Source: Caldilineaceae bacterium
GTDB taxonomy: Bacteria; Chloroflexota; Anaerolineae; Caldilineales; Caldilineaceae
Assembly (NCBI GenBank): GCA_022823185.1
Contig: JAJDXQ010000006.1
Span: forward strand, 70,738 to 134,737
Direction: 5' to 3'
DNA length: 64,000 nucleotides
Shown: piece after piece, positions 36,697 through 46,773 of the stretch
Layout of the letters: each line of letters opens with the position of its first letter
How positions within the stretch are numbered: the stretch's first letter is position 1
The notes under the pieces: generated by a model
The model's database searches: none
Told to the model about the DNA's origin: nothing
The model's input: the letters and a program-made list of their open reading frames with translations, nothing else
Position numbers and translations under genes: made by a program

Positions 36697-37938
36697 TCAC
36701 GCCCCGTCCAACACACGCACGCACCGCTCGATCTCATCCACCGTGTTGTAGTGCGCCAGCCCCAGACGCAGCCAGCCGCCGCTGCCCTCGACACCCATCC
36801 GCTCACTCACCGACAGCGCGTAGAAGTTGCCGTCCCACGCGAAGATGTTCTCCTCCGCAAGCGCCCGCGCCAGCTGCGCCGGCGTCGTCCCCCGCTTCCG
36901 CAACGCGACCGTCGCCACCCTTCTTCCCATATCAGCCCGCTCTGTCAGACCATAAATGCGGATCCCCGGCACGCTCAGCAGACCCTCGATCAACCGCTCG
37001 GTCAGCATCCTCTCATACGCGCCGATCACCTGCCAGGCCGCCTCCAACTTGCGCCTCCGGCTCTCCGCCGGCCCTACGGTGCCGTACTCGACCCCAAGAC
37101 CGGCCAGATAGTCGATAGCCGCCGTCACTCCAGCCAGCCCTTCATGATTCTGCGTGCCCGTCTCCCACTTGTCCGGCGGCCTGTCTCCGGCCGGACGCAC
37201 CCGGTATGCCTCCAGCCGCTCCAGCTGTTCCCGCTTACCGTAGAGCTGCCCGCTGTGCGGGCCGAAAAACTTGTACGACGAACACGCCAGGAAATCGCAT
37301 CCCAGGGCCTTCACGTCGATCAACCCGTGCGGCGCATATTGGACCGCGTCCACAAACGTAAGCGCCCCCGCCTCCCCGGCCCAGCCCATGATCGTGCCCA
37401 CGTCGTTGACGGTTCCTGTCGCGTTGCTGGCATACCCCACCGCCACCAACTTCGTCTCCGCCGTAATCTGCCTCCGCACATCCTCCATATCCAGCGTCCC
37501 GCTCTCCACGTCCACATCCGCCCACCGGACGCGCGCCCCCCGCTCCTCCGCCGCCAGCGCCCACGGCATCACGTTCGCGTCATGATCCAGGCGCGTAACC
37601 AACACCTCGTCGCCTGGCCCCAACTCTCCCGACAAGGACCGGCTGACATGGAATGCGAGGCTCGTCATGTTGTTGCCAAAGACGACCTCGTCCGCCTCGC
37701 AGCCCAGCAGATCAGCAACCGCTCCATGCGCCCCCTCGATCACCGCGTCCGTGCGCCGGCTGGTCTCAAACTGGCCGTGCGTATTCGAATTGCGCCGCGT
37801 CAAATAGTCAACCATCGCCTCGATCACGCTCCCGTGCGCCTGCGTGCCGCCGGGGTTGTCAAAAAACACGGCCGGACGGCCGTCAAACTGCTCACGCAAC
37901 GCCGGGAACTGCCTCCGGACCTCTTCTACATCGAACAT
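36697..37938 (-). CDS. Cysteine desulfurase-like class V aminotransferase (PLP-dependent)
   Basis: 413-aa ORF. MFDVEEVRRQFPAL...FFDNPGGTQ, THDANV-like LDHDANV, and SSYKFFGPH (PLP-lysine). Confidence 0.85.
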   Translation of the reverse strand: MFDVEEVRRQFPALREQFDGRPAVFFDNPGGTQAHGSVIEAMVDYLTRRNSNTHGQFETSRRTDAVIEGAHGAVADLLGCEADEVVFGNNMTSLAFHVSRSLSGELGPGDEVLVTRLDHDANVMPWALAAEERGARVRWADVDVESGTLDMEDVRRQITAETKLVAVGYASNATGTVNDVGTIMGWAGEAGALTFVDAVQYAPHGLIDVKALGCDFLACSSYKFFGPHSGQLYGKREQLERLEAYRVRPAGDRPPDKWETGTQNHEGLAGVTAAIDYLAGLGVEYGTVGPAESRRRKLEAAWQVIGAYERMLTERLIEGLLSVPGIRIYGLTERADMGRRVATVALRKRGTTPAQLARALAEENIFAWDGNFYALSVSERMGVEGSGGWLRLGLAHYNTVDEIERCVRVLDGA

Positions 37939-37956
37939 GTCTCTCTCCGCGGATCT

Positions 37957-39768
37957 TTACCTGCGCTTCGGCAACCCATCGGCCAGCAACCACACACGCT
38001 CCCGCCCCAGCACTGAGGCAACGTCTCCCTGCAGGAGCGCCAGAACCATCTCCGTCAGTTCACCAAGTCCGCCCCCGCCCGTCAGTAGATCAAGACTGCC
38101 TTCCGTGATTGGAGGACGCGGCCGATTCATATCCGTCTTTACCTGCACGACCGGAACCGTCCCGTCCGTCGGCAAACCCGCGATTTCGCATAGCCCATCT
38201 ATCGCCGCTGAAAAGTCTCCGATCTCATCCACCAGCCCATGCTGCAGCGCCTGCCTCCCCGTCCATACGCGTCCGCCGCATAGCTCTTCAACCGAGTCCG
38301 GCTCCAGCTGCCGCGCCGCCGCGACCAGGCGCTTGAAATTCTGATACGTATGTCCGATCTGCTCCTCGATCTTCTCCCGCTGCGCCTCTCGCCACGGGCC
38401 GTCGCCGGCGTAGATGCCGGCATTCCGGCCCCGCTGCACCGGCACGCGGTTCGCGCCGATCTTGCCTTCAGCCCCTCTGGTGATCAGCTTTGCCATGATC
38501 ACGCCGATGCTCCCCGTCAGCGTCGCCGCCTGGCAAACGATCTTCCGCGCCGGCAATGCCACGTAATAGCCTCCGCTGGCCGCCACATCACCCATATACG
38601 CCACCACCGGTTTCTTCCTGTTCAGCAGGGTCAGCTCCCGCCAGATCAGGTCGCTCGCCAGCGCCGAACCGCCCCGGGAATCGACATGGAGCAAGACCCC
38701 CGCCATGCGCTCATCTTCCAGCGCCGCCCGCGCCAACTGTTGGATCGTAGCGCTGCCGGCAGTGCTGCCGCCCACAATCGGCACGCCGCTTGGCAGCCGG
38801 CGGCTCTTGCCCGAAGTGATCATGCCGCTTAACGAAATCACCCCGATTCTCTTTCTGTGCCGCATAAGGGGCCGGCGGTAAAGCAGACGGCTTGCCCGGT
38901 CAAATGGCGCAATCCGCGCCTCATCCTTCCCACCACCCAGTTCGTCCGCCAACTGGTCCTCGTAAACGCTGCCGTCCACCAGGCCCATCGCCGCGGCGTC
39001 ATCCGCGGTCAAAGGCGCCCTGTCAATCGCGGCACGGACCTCCTCCTCGCCAAGGTTGCGCCCGCCGCTGATTGCCGCGACCATATCCCCATACCAGCTT
39101 CCCAGAAGCCGTTCCAGCTGTTCCCGGTGCGCGTCGCTCATCTCCGAATGGGCGAAACTGTCTGCCGCAGTCTTCCAGGGAGCCACCCTGACGACATCCG
39201 CCTCAACGCCAATTCTGCGCAGCGTCTCGGCCAGAAAGACCGGCTCTGCCCGCAGACCCAGCACCGCCCAGTCGGTCAGCGGCGAAACGTATACGCGGTC
39301 GGCGGCCGCCGCCATCACATACTCGGCATTGCCGCACGACTCCAGATAGACAACCACCTCCTTCGCGTCGCCGCCCGGATACAGCTCTCGATTCCACGCC
39401 CGAAAGCGGTCGAAAAGATCCGCAAGCGTCTGCGCCTGCGCGAGGCTGAGCTGCGCGCCCTTGACCAGTATCAACGCGCCCTTCACATCCGGATCGCCCG
39501 CGACCTGCCGCAAGGCATCGTGCAGATCCTCAACTGTGAGGCCCGGCTTGCCAGTGGAAAGGCGCGAGAGAAACCGGTGCCGCTCCGGCCTCCGTTCCAG
39601 CAGCTGGCCCGAAAGCTCAAACAGCGCATAGTCCGCCCAGCTCTTCCTGGAGAGACGCCGCACGAGATTGGCTAGCCCGCATACGCAAACCTGCCACAGC
39701 AAAGTTACGCTCCGGAAAAGCCGCCCCAAACCCCTGCCTATGAGACTCATTTCAATCCCTCCACCCAT
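37957..39768 (-). CDS. sppA: Signal peptide peptidase SppA, 67K type (two S49 domains)
   Basis: 603-aa ORF. Two ClpP/S49-like halves; second half GDVAASGGYYVALPARKIVCQAATLTGSIGV with the catalytic Ser context and GRVWTGRQALQHGLVDEIG. Confidence 0.85.
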   Translation of the reverse strand: MGGGIEMSLIGRGLGRLFRSVTLLWQVCVCGLANLVRRLSRKSWADYALFELSGQLLERRPERHRFLSRLSTGKPGLTVEDLHDALRQVAGDPDVKGALILVKGAQLSLAQAQTLADLFDRFRAWNRELYPGGDAKEVVVYLESCGNAEYVMAAAADRVYVSPLTDWAVLGLRAEPVFLAETLRRIGVEADVVRVAPWKTAADSFAHSEMSDAHREQLERLLGSWYGDMVAAISGGRNLGEEEVRAAIDRAPLTADDAAAMGLVDGSVYEDQLADELGGGKDEARIAPFDRASRLLYRRPLMRHRKRIGVISLSGMITSGKSRRLPSGVPIVGGSTAGSATIQQLARAALEDERMAGVLLHVDSRGGSALASDLIWRELTLLNRKKPVVAYMGDVAASGGYYVALPARKIVCQAATLTGSIGVIMAKLITRGAEGKIGANRVPVQRGRNAGIYAGDGPWREAQREKIEEQIGHTYQNFKRLVAAARQLEPDSVEELCGGRVWTGRQALQHGLVDEIGDFSAAIDGLCEIAGLPTDGTVPVVQVKTDMNRPRPPITEGSLDLLTGGGGLGELTEMVLALLQGDVASVLGRERVWLLADGLPKRR

Positions 39769-40093
39769 CTGCGCGCCACTGCTGCCGGTGCTGTTTCACA
39801 AAAACGCGCCCTACGCCTGTGGGTCCAAACCCCAAAAACCATACTATACCCGCACGATCCTCTGGAGAAAAATAGTCCCCTTGCCTGCGAGGCGCAGTCC
39901 GGAATTGGTGTTGTCAGGAGAAGCCTGTTCCAGGAAGCAGGGGAATCTCCCAGCGATGGCCTGAAACTCGCCCCCATTTTGGACCGCACAATGCTTGCGA
40001 GACTGCTTTGATCGTTCCTCCTGTTCCGAGTTATGATGAACGCAGCCGCAGACACTTCGCGGAGACGTTAAGACCTTGCCCAAGCCGGCGCCT

Positions 40094-41008
40094 ATGTCCT
40101 TCTCCTCACCCGGACCGAGCAGAAACGTGGCCGCAGCGGTAGAAGTGCGAAATCTGAACAAACGCTATCTGAACGGAATCTGGGCGAACCGGGATATCAG
40201 CCTGACCGTCCGGCGCGGCGAGTTGCTCGCGATTCTGGGTCCAAACGGCGCCGGCAAAACCACCCTTGTCCGCCAGATCACCACCGAGCTTGTCCCCACA
40301 TCCGGCGAAGTCCGTGTTTTCGGCATTGACGCCGTCACGCGCCCCAACGAAGCAAAGGCCCGCATGGGCGTAATCCCCCAGGAGACCAACTTCTACTGGG
40401 GTCTCTCTGTCCGCCACCACCTGCGTATCCTGGGCAAACTGCGCGGTCTGCCTCCGCGTACCGCATCAAGCCGCGCCGCGGAACTGATCTCAGATCTCGG
40501 CCTCGACGAGCACAAGGACAAACCCGGCGAGCAACTGTCCGGCGGTCTTCGCCGCCGCCTCCTGGTCGGTATCGCTGTGTTGGCCGATCCCCCACTGCTC
40601 GTCCTCGACGAGCCAAGCGTCGGCCTCGACCCCGAGTCCCGCCGCGACCTGTGGGATCTCCTCCGCGACTATCGTCGCAGAGGCGCGACCATCCTCCTTA
40701 CGACCCACTCAATGGAGGAGGCCGAAGCGCTCAGTGACAGGATCGGCATCATCTATGAAGGGGCGCTTCTGGCTCTCGACACCGTCGCCAGCCTCCGCGC
40801 CGCCCACGGCTTCGACTACAAAATCACCTTTCTGGAAGAAGGCCGAACACAACTCCTTTACGGGGCCAGCGACGCCCAGCTCCTCCAGCAGGTCCACGCC
40901 AGGGGCATAAGCGAATACGCAGTTTCGAGGACAACCCTCGAAGATGTCTATCTCGGCCTCACAAGCGGGAAGGGACGCCTACATGACAGGCCGGCCCCCG
41001 ATGCCTGA
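40094..41008 (+). CDS. ABC transporter ATP-binding protein (ABC-2/DrrA-like exporter)
   Basis: ORF 40076..41008 (TTG) with ATG at 40094. Walker A GPNGAGKTT, signature LSGGLRRRL, Walker B LLVLDEP. Confidence 0.85.
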   Translation: MSFSSPGPSRNVAAAVEVRNLNKRYLNGIWANRDISLTVRRGELLAILGPNGAGKTTLVRQITTELVPTSGEVRVFGIDAVTRPNEAKARMGVIPQETNFYWGLSVRHHLRILGKLRGLPPRTASSRAAELISDLGLDEHKDKPGEQLSGGLRRRLLVGIAVLADPPLLVLDEPSVGLDPESRRDLWDLLRDYRRRGATILLTTHSMEEAEALSDRIGIIYEGALLALDTVASLRAAHGFDYKITFLEEGRTQLLYGASDAQLLQQVHARGISEYAVSRTTLEDVYLGLTSGKGRLHDRPAPDA

Positions 41009-41792
41009 ACTCACCGATTCCTGCCTCAACGGCTCCGCTCGCCCTTACGCGTCCGGCGGCTTCCGCAAATTCTTTGCCGATACCTTCGCCGTCTTCGAGC
41101 TCAACTTCCTGCCCGCGCTCAAGCACTGGTATGCAACCGTCCTGCTCGCCGCCGGTTTCCCGCTGCCCTGGTTCTACGTCACCAGGGCCATCGCCCCCGA
41201 CGACCCGCAAGTGCTACGCCGCCTCATGGCCGGCACTCTTGTCTTCGGTGTTGCCTTCTCCATCGGCATGCTCGTCGGCCAGAACTTCGTCGGCCAGCGC
41301 TTTTTGGGCACACTCCGGCTGCTCATCACCATGCCGGTCTCCAAAGCCGCCTACGTCTTCGGCTCGCTCGCGCACGCCTCCATCTCTGGCGCGCTCACCG
41401 TGGTCATCCTCCTCGGTTTCGCCTTCGCGGCCGGCGTTGACGTTAAACTCGGCTGGGCGCTCGCTCCCTCACTCATCCTCACCGTCCTCGCCGTCAGCGG
41501 CCTGACCCTCTTCTTCGTCAGCTTCGCCCCCTCTCCACAGGCTGGCAACCTCGCCACCGGCATGCTTTCCCTCATCCTCGCAGCCCTCTCACCCGTCTAC
41601 TTCACCATGGACCAGGCCCCCCTCTTGATGAAGTTGATTGGCTATGTTTCGCCTCTACGCTATACTGCGGACGCAATTGAAAAGTCCCTGTCCGGCCAGA
41701 CAGACGTCTGGGTGGAATTGGGAGTCTTATCAGTCATTTCAATAGGTTCCCTTTCACTCGGGCTGTGGAGAATGCCTTGGCGCGAGAGGTAA
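40983..41792 (+). CDS. ABC-2 type transporter permease
   Basis: ORF 40944..41792. ATG 40983 overlaps the ATPase end by 26 nt. Six hydrophobic spans, about 270 aa, immediately after the ATPase. Confidence 0.7.
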   Translation: MTGRPPMPELTDSCLNGSARPYASGGFRKFFADTFAVFELNFLPALKHWYATVLLAAGFPLPWFYVTRAIAPDDPQVLRRLMAGTLVFGVAFSIGMLVGQNFVGQRFLGTLRLLITMPVSKAAYVFGSLAHASISGALTVVILLGFAFAAGVDVKLGWALAPSLILTVLAVSGLTLFFVSFAPSPQAGNLATGMLSLILAALSPVYFTMDQAPLLMKLIGYVSPLRYTADAIEKSLSGQTDVWVELGVLSVISIGSLSLGLWRMPWRER

Positions 41793-41921
41793 CACTTGAG
41801 TACCTGCCTCTTAACTGGTGTTCTATCCGTCGCCTATGCAATTCATAGCGCTGATTGGCCCTCGTTTCCAAGCGTATACCGTTCTAGCCAGAATTTTGGA
41901 CCTGGGTAAGGAGCGAGAGAG

Positions 41922-43043
41922 ATGTCCCACCAGTACACAGCCGCTGTCATCGGCGCAGGCCTGGGAGGCAGAGCCAGCATGGCCGGACTCTCCGCCTCGC
42001 CGCGCTTCAACCTCGTTGCCGTCGCAGATATCCAGGCCGAAGCGCGAGCCGCCGTCAAGGAACTGTACCCCAGTGTCCGCACTTTTCCTGACCATGCCGA
42101 ACTATTCGCCGCCTGCCCCACAGACATTGTCTGCGTATCCACATGGCCGCCCTCCCATCTGGAAGTGACCCAGGCTGCCCTGCAGCTCCCTCTACGAGGC
42201 ATCCTCGTCGAAAAACCGCTGGCCGACAGTTTTTCAGCTGGGCGTCAGATCCTGGAGCTAATACGCGCCAGAAATCTCCCAATAGCCGTACCCCATGGCC
42301 TCCTCGTGGCAGACCACAGCACGCAGGTCCTCCAACGCGTTCACGGCGGCGAGATCGGCGAGCTGAAACTGGTCGAAATCCAATGCACCGGCTGGGACAT
42401 CATCAATGCCGGCATCCACTGGCTCAACTTCTTCGTCGAACTGACTGAACGCGAACCCGTCGAGTATGTTTTGGCCGCCTGCGATGCCAGCACCCGCACC
42501 TATCGCGACAACATGCAGGTCGAGACGCTCGCCGTCACCTACGCACAGACCGTTTCCGGCACCCGTGTCGTCATGAATACTGGCGACTATATCACCTTTT
42601 CCGAACAGATTGACGACACCCTTTTCCGCCTTATCGGAAGCCGCGGCACAATCGACTTCTACGGCTGGGAGCCGCGGTACCGACTTCTCAACGCCAGCTA
42701 TCCACAGGGTCAGATGTTTGAATTCGAGCGCGGCCCATTTGTCCTCCATCAGCGCCACCTCGAAAACCTCGCCGCGCAGATGGACCGCGCCCAGCCCGAC
42801 TACGCCATCCCCGAAGGTTCATTAGCCGCTCTCGAGCTCTGCGAAGCCGCTTACGTCTCCATTCGCAACGGCAGCGTGCCCGTGCCCCTTCCGCTCGAGG
42901 ACTTCACGCCTCCGTCGCCGGTTGACTGGCAGCCCGGCCTCCCCTACAGCGGCCAGGGCGGCGGTCGTAACGGGCGCCTTCTGCCCCCTCACCCGCAACA
43001 AATTGACAGACCCGTTCGGAATGCACAGTCGGAGGAAGCATGA
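41922..43043 (+). CDS. Gfo/Idh/MocA family oxidoreductase
   Basis: 373-aa ORF. N-terminal Rossmann AAVIGAGLGGRASM...LVAVAD and LVEKPLA motif. Confidence 0.8.
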   Translation: MSHQYTAAVIGAGLGGRASMAGLSASPRFNLVAVADIQAEARAAVKELYPSVRTFPDHAELFAACPTDIVCVSTWPPSHLEVTQAALQLPLRGILVEKPLADSFSAGRQILELIRARNLPIAVPHGLLVADHSTQVLQRVHGGEIGELKLVEIQCTGWDIINAGIHWLNFFVELTEREPVEYVLAACDASTRTYRDNMQVETLAVTYAQTVSGTRVVMNTGDYITFSEQIDDTLFRLIGSRGTIDFYGWEPRYRLLNASYPQGQMFEFERGPFVLHQRHLENLAAQMDRAQPDYAIPEGSLAALELCEAAYVSIRNGSVPVPLPLEDFTPPSPVDWQPGLPYSGQGGGRNGRLLPPHPQQIDRPVRNAQSEEA

Positions 43044-44128
43044 TGGCCCGTTTTGGCATTGTCGGCGCCGGATGGCGCGTAAACTGGTTTCTGCGCGCCG
43101 CCCATGGCCTCCCGGAGAAGCTTCAGGTCGCCGGTCTGGCCGCCCGCCGCCCTAAACAGGCCTTCGACCTGGCCGCCGAGTTTGGTGTCAACATCTACCG
43201 CTCACCCTCCGAAATGATCGCCGCCGAAGCGCCCGACTTCGTCGTGACCAGCGTCTCCTGGCCCGCCAATCCACCCATAATTCGCCAGCTGGTGGAACAA
43301 AATATGCCCGTCCTTTCCGAGACGCCCCCCGCGACCACCGTAGAGGAAATGACGGAACTGTGGGCCCTACAGGAGCAGGGCGCACGAATCCAGGTCGCCG
43401 AGCAGTACCACCGCCAGCCCCACCACGCCGCCCGCCTCGCCTTCGCCCGCAGCGGTCGCCTCGGCCGCATCAGCCAGGTCCAGCTCTCTGCCGCGCACGG
43501 CTATCACGGCATCAGCCTGATACGCCGCTTCCTCGGCATCGGCGCCGAGCCGGTAACAGTCACCGCTCGCCGATTCACCTCTCCTATCGTGCAAAGCCCC
43601 ACCCGTGAAGGTCCCCCCCTCGAAGAGAAAGTCACAGAGTCAGAGCAACTCATTGCCGCCTTCGACTTCGGCGACCGCCTCGGAATCCTCGACTTTACGC
43701 CCGATCAGTACTTTTCCTGGGTACGCGGCCAGCGCATCCTCGTGCGCGGCGAGCGCGGCGAAATCATCGACGACAAAGCCGCCTACCTCCAGGACTTCCG
43801 TACTCCCATCCACCTCGCCTTTACCCGCCACAGTGCCGGCCTCGACGGCAATCTCGAAGGCAACTACCTCAAGGGCATCCAGGCCGGCGAACAGTGGTGG
43901 TACCACAACCCCACCATCCCCGCCGAGCTCACCGATGACGAAATCGCCGTCGCCGACCTCCTCCTTCGCATGGCCGACTACGTCCGCGGCGGCGATCAAC
44001 CCTACTCCCTCGCCGAAGCCTGCCAGGACCGTTACCTCGACGTCCTCGCCGCCCAGGCCGCCGAAACCGGCCAACCCGTCCACTCCAAGCCCCAGCCCTG
44101 GGCCAACGCCCTGTCTGCACAAAGTTGA
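43040..44128 (+). CDS. Gfo/Idh/MocA family oxidoreductase (second, ATGA-coupled to the first)
   Basis: 362-aa ORF. RFGIVGAGWRVNWF...VAGLAARR Rossmann start, SETPPA. 4-nt overlap with the previous gene. Confidence 0.75.
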   Translation: MMARFGIVGAGWRVNWFLRAAHGLPEKLQVAGLAARRPKQAFDLAAEFGVNIYRSPSEMIAAEAPDFVVTSVSWPANPPIIRQLVEQNMPVLSETPPATTVEEMTELWALQEQGARIQVAEQYHRQPHHAARLAFARSGRLGRISQVQLSAAHGYHGISLIRRFLGIGAEPVTVTARRFTSPIVQSPTREGPPLEEKVTESEQLIAAFDFGDRLGILDFTPDQYFSWVRGQRILVRGERGEIIDDKAAYLQDFRTPIHLAFTRHSAGLDGNLEGNYLKGIQAGEQWWYHNPTIPAELTDDEIAVADLLLRMADYVRGGDQPYSLAEACQDRYLDVLAAQAAETGQPVHSKPQPWANALSAQS

Positions 44129-44181
44129 GTCCGAGACGGTTTCTTCAGCGCGTGGCTTTTCTCATGCCCTATCTCCTGGGC

Positions 44182-44470
44182 TTATCTTAGTAGTAGCCAA
44201 CCCGTCGCAACTCCCGCCCTCCACTCCAGCTCCCACCCCTCTATCTCAACAAAATCGTTTCTAAGCGGTCTTCCTTTTACATCAGTTCCAAGCTGATTGA
44301 GTCCCCTAAGTGCATCTGCGACCGAATCCTTCGCACGCGTGGAAACGTATGGAAGCCGTGGCCTCCCTGCAGGCATGTTAAGGGCCCTAAGCATTGTGGT
44401 ACCAAATCAGCAGGCCACGGTTTCTTCTGACGCCAAGATTCGATTGCAGTATTGCCCAATGTCGTTATGG
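44182..44470 (-). pseudogene. Possible degraded LacI-type HTH fragment (very tentative)
   Basis: One minus-strand frame reads ...ILASEETVAC*FGTTMLRALNMPAGRPRLPYVSTRAKDSVADALRGLNQLGTDVKGRPLRND. This loosely parallels the LacI N-terminus (..TVSRALNG.P.VS.ETRERV.AAI.ELGY.PN..AR.LR) with an in-frame TGA. Similarity is lost about 50 nt before the Gfo gene end. Confidence 0.25.
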
Positions 44471-45197
44471 AGGTGCTTTCGCCCGGCCGTAAGCTGTGTC
44501 TGCTGAAAGCGAGGCACGGGTCGACAATAACCCCAGATAACACGCACTCTGCCTACAAAGTGGCTGGCGCAACATAAAAGCAAGAACGTTCCGATGTGTG
44601 TCCCAGATTCACTTGGGGATCTGCGTGATGAAGGTCAGAAGGTCCTGGTCTGCGCCGAGTCTGTTTGGACGGGAAAGGAAGTCTGCAACGAGGTTGACAA
44701 TCTGTCGGTGGCGATCCGGATGAACATACTTCCGATGGTGACTGAACTAGGGGATGAGAACTAGATGATTCACGAGATTTACACTGCCGCTATTGCGCAA
44801 TTCATGGTGGATTTTTCGTGTTTGTTCCCTCATAAATCTCAGTTTACAATGGGGCTGGCACATCAGCATTGAAATATTGTATAAAAGAAATTCAGCCGAG
44901 AAGCAGGAACTGTAGAAACCTCACGAGCGTCTCGTGTCTTCCTAATCTAATAGGGAAGCCGAGAAACGTCGATACTGTGCCATCCCCAATTCAAACGGCT
45001 CAACAGGTCTCTACGTCTCTCTGTCTACGTGCGGAATCTTCACAAGACCTATTGAGGAAAAGTCGTCCGCTCGCATCAGTCCCCTTGAATACACTAAAGA
45101 ATTGGTCGTTGTCCCACGTGATCAAAACGCCTGTGTCCCTATCGAGCAGGGACGCAACTGACACGGATCAATCTTCTACGGTCTAAGGAGGGCCACC

Positions 45198-46634
45198 ATG
45201 AATGCGACACGCTTGAATCGACGTGCCTTTTTGAAGACGACGGGAGTTGTGACGGGGGCTTCTCTGCTGGCGGCTTGCGTTGCTCCGGCCGCGCCGGCAC
45301 AAGAAGAGATGGCCTCGGAAGAGTCCGAGGAGCCGATGGCGGAGGAAGGCTCCGTTGCAATGTGGAGTATGAGTTTCCCTCCGCACGAGTGGATGATGGG
45401 AGCAGCCATTGAAGTGTTCCAGGAGGCAGGGGAACGCGGGTTCACATTGGACTACCAGCCACAACCCGGCCAATATAGCGCGAAGCTGCGCGCCGCCATG
45501 TCGGCCGATGAAGCTCCCGACATATTTGTCATGCATGGGACCGCATTGCTGGAGCTGGCACTGGCCGGACACATCGCGCCGGTGACGCCGGACATCGTGA
45601 CTTTGGAGCAGGCCAAAAAGGAATTCATGCCCGAAACCTACCTCCAGTCGTTGTACGATGGCAACCTCTATGCCATCGGTGTGCCCGACCCACCGGGCGA
45701 CGCGGGTATGGTCGCCAACCTTGATCACCTTGAGGAGGCGGGGCTGGAACACCTCACCGTCTTCGAAAGTGTCGACCAGATGCTTGACTATGGTGAGCAG
45801 CTGGTTATCAGGGAGGGGGATGAGGTGCTGCGCGCCGGCTTGATGTTTACCGGCGATGCAAACAACCCGATCTACTGGCTGAGCGCGATTATTGACCTGG
45901 GCGGCACCTGGTTCGACAATGACAATCAGGTATTCACGCTGCAGACCGAAGAATCTACGGAGGCGATGCAGTTCTTCTACGATGTAGTGTGGGAAAAGCG
46001 TCTCGACGACCCCGCCCTAGGCAACAACAGTTCTGATGCACTGGCGCAGGGATTGGCTAGCCTGGCCTTCAAGTGGCCGGAGTTCGTACCCTATTCCGGC
46101 ACCGCCTTCCCCGGTCTGAGACTGGGGTTTATTGTCAAGCCGGGCTTTACGGAAGGCAAGCCAGCAATCTTCAACCACTCCGACACATGGAACCTGGCAG
46201 TCTGGTCGGGCACCCAGAATAAAGACAGCGTTACGGAGTTTATGGCCTACTGCGCCCAGCGGGAAGTGCAGCGCGCCATGCTGGAACAGAATCCTGGCAT
46301 CTCCCCCTTAAAGGAGATCAACTTCGGAGACGAATTCTTTGTTACGGGAAAGGGCGCCTATCTGGCACCTGTTTTGGATGCCATTACAAAGGGGCAATAC
46401 CGCTACTACGGCCCCTTCGGTAACATGGATACGCTGGAATACGATATCATGTGGCCTGTGATGAACAGGATGCTCCAGCAGGAACTGACCGTTGAAGAGA
46501 CCCTGGTCGAGATGGAAAGTGCCCTGAATGATGAAATGGCGCAATACCAGGACAAATACCCAGGTCTGGACCCGGTTCAGATCCAGTGGGATGGGCTGCC
46601 TGATGAACTGATGGAGGGGATTCCCATGTCGTAG
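45198..46634 (+). CDS. Sugar ABC transporter substrate-binding lipoprotein (SBP family 1, CUT1)
   Basis: 478-aa ORF. AAGGAGG 6 nt upstream. Tat/lipoprotein signal MNATRLNRRAFLKTTGVVTGASLLAAC. Size and composition typical of SBP_bac_1. Confidence 0.85.
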   Translation: MNATRLNRRAFLKTTGVVTGASLLAACVAPAAPAQEEMASEESEEPMAEEGSVAMWSMSFPPHEWMMGAAIEVFQEAGERGFTLDYQPQPGQYSAKLRAAMSADEAPDIFVMHGTALLELALAGHIAPVTPDIVTLEQAKKEFMPETYLQSLYDGNLYAIGVPDPPGDAGMVANLDHLEEAGLEHLTVFESVDQMLDYGEQLVIREGDEVLRAGLMFTGDANNPIYWLSAIIDLGGTWFDNDNQVFTLQTEESTEAMQFFYDVVWEKRLDDPALGNNSSDALAQGLASLAFKWPEFVPYSGTAFPGLRLGFIVKPGFTEGKPAIFNHSDTWNLAVWSGTQNKDSVTEFMAYCAQREVQRAMLEQNPGISPLKEINFGDEFFVTGKGAYLAPVLDAITKGQYRYYGPFGNMDTLEYDIMWPVMNRMLQQELTVEETLVEMESALNDEMAQYQDKYPGLDPVQIQWDGLPDELMEGIPMS

Positions 46635-46673
46635 AGCGGATGGCACGCTCCGGGGAGATTCCCTTCTGGACAT

Positions 46674-46730
46674 ACAGGGGATTGGGGGCGACGAATAGTA
46701 AGAACCACGTTCGACCACCCAATCCCCTGT
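46674..46730 (+). other. 13-bp perfect inverted repeat between the SBP and permease genes
   Basis: ACAGGGGATTGGG (46674-86) / 31-nt loop / CCCAATCCCCTGT (46718-30). Candidate mRNA-stabilising or attenuating hairpin. Confidence 0.5.
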
Positions 46731-46773
46731 CTCAGTTTCGCCTCCAGTCAATACAATGTAGGGAGGTCCGTGG

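Noticed and set aside
36751-39675. Long plus-strand ORFs antisense to the aminotransferase and sppA genes (36751..38016, 37844..38344, 38857..39675)
   Set aside because: These are shadow frames of well-supported minus-strand genes and are Arg/Pro-rich.
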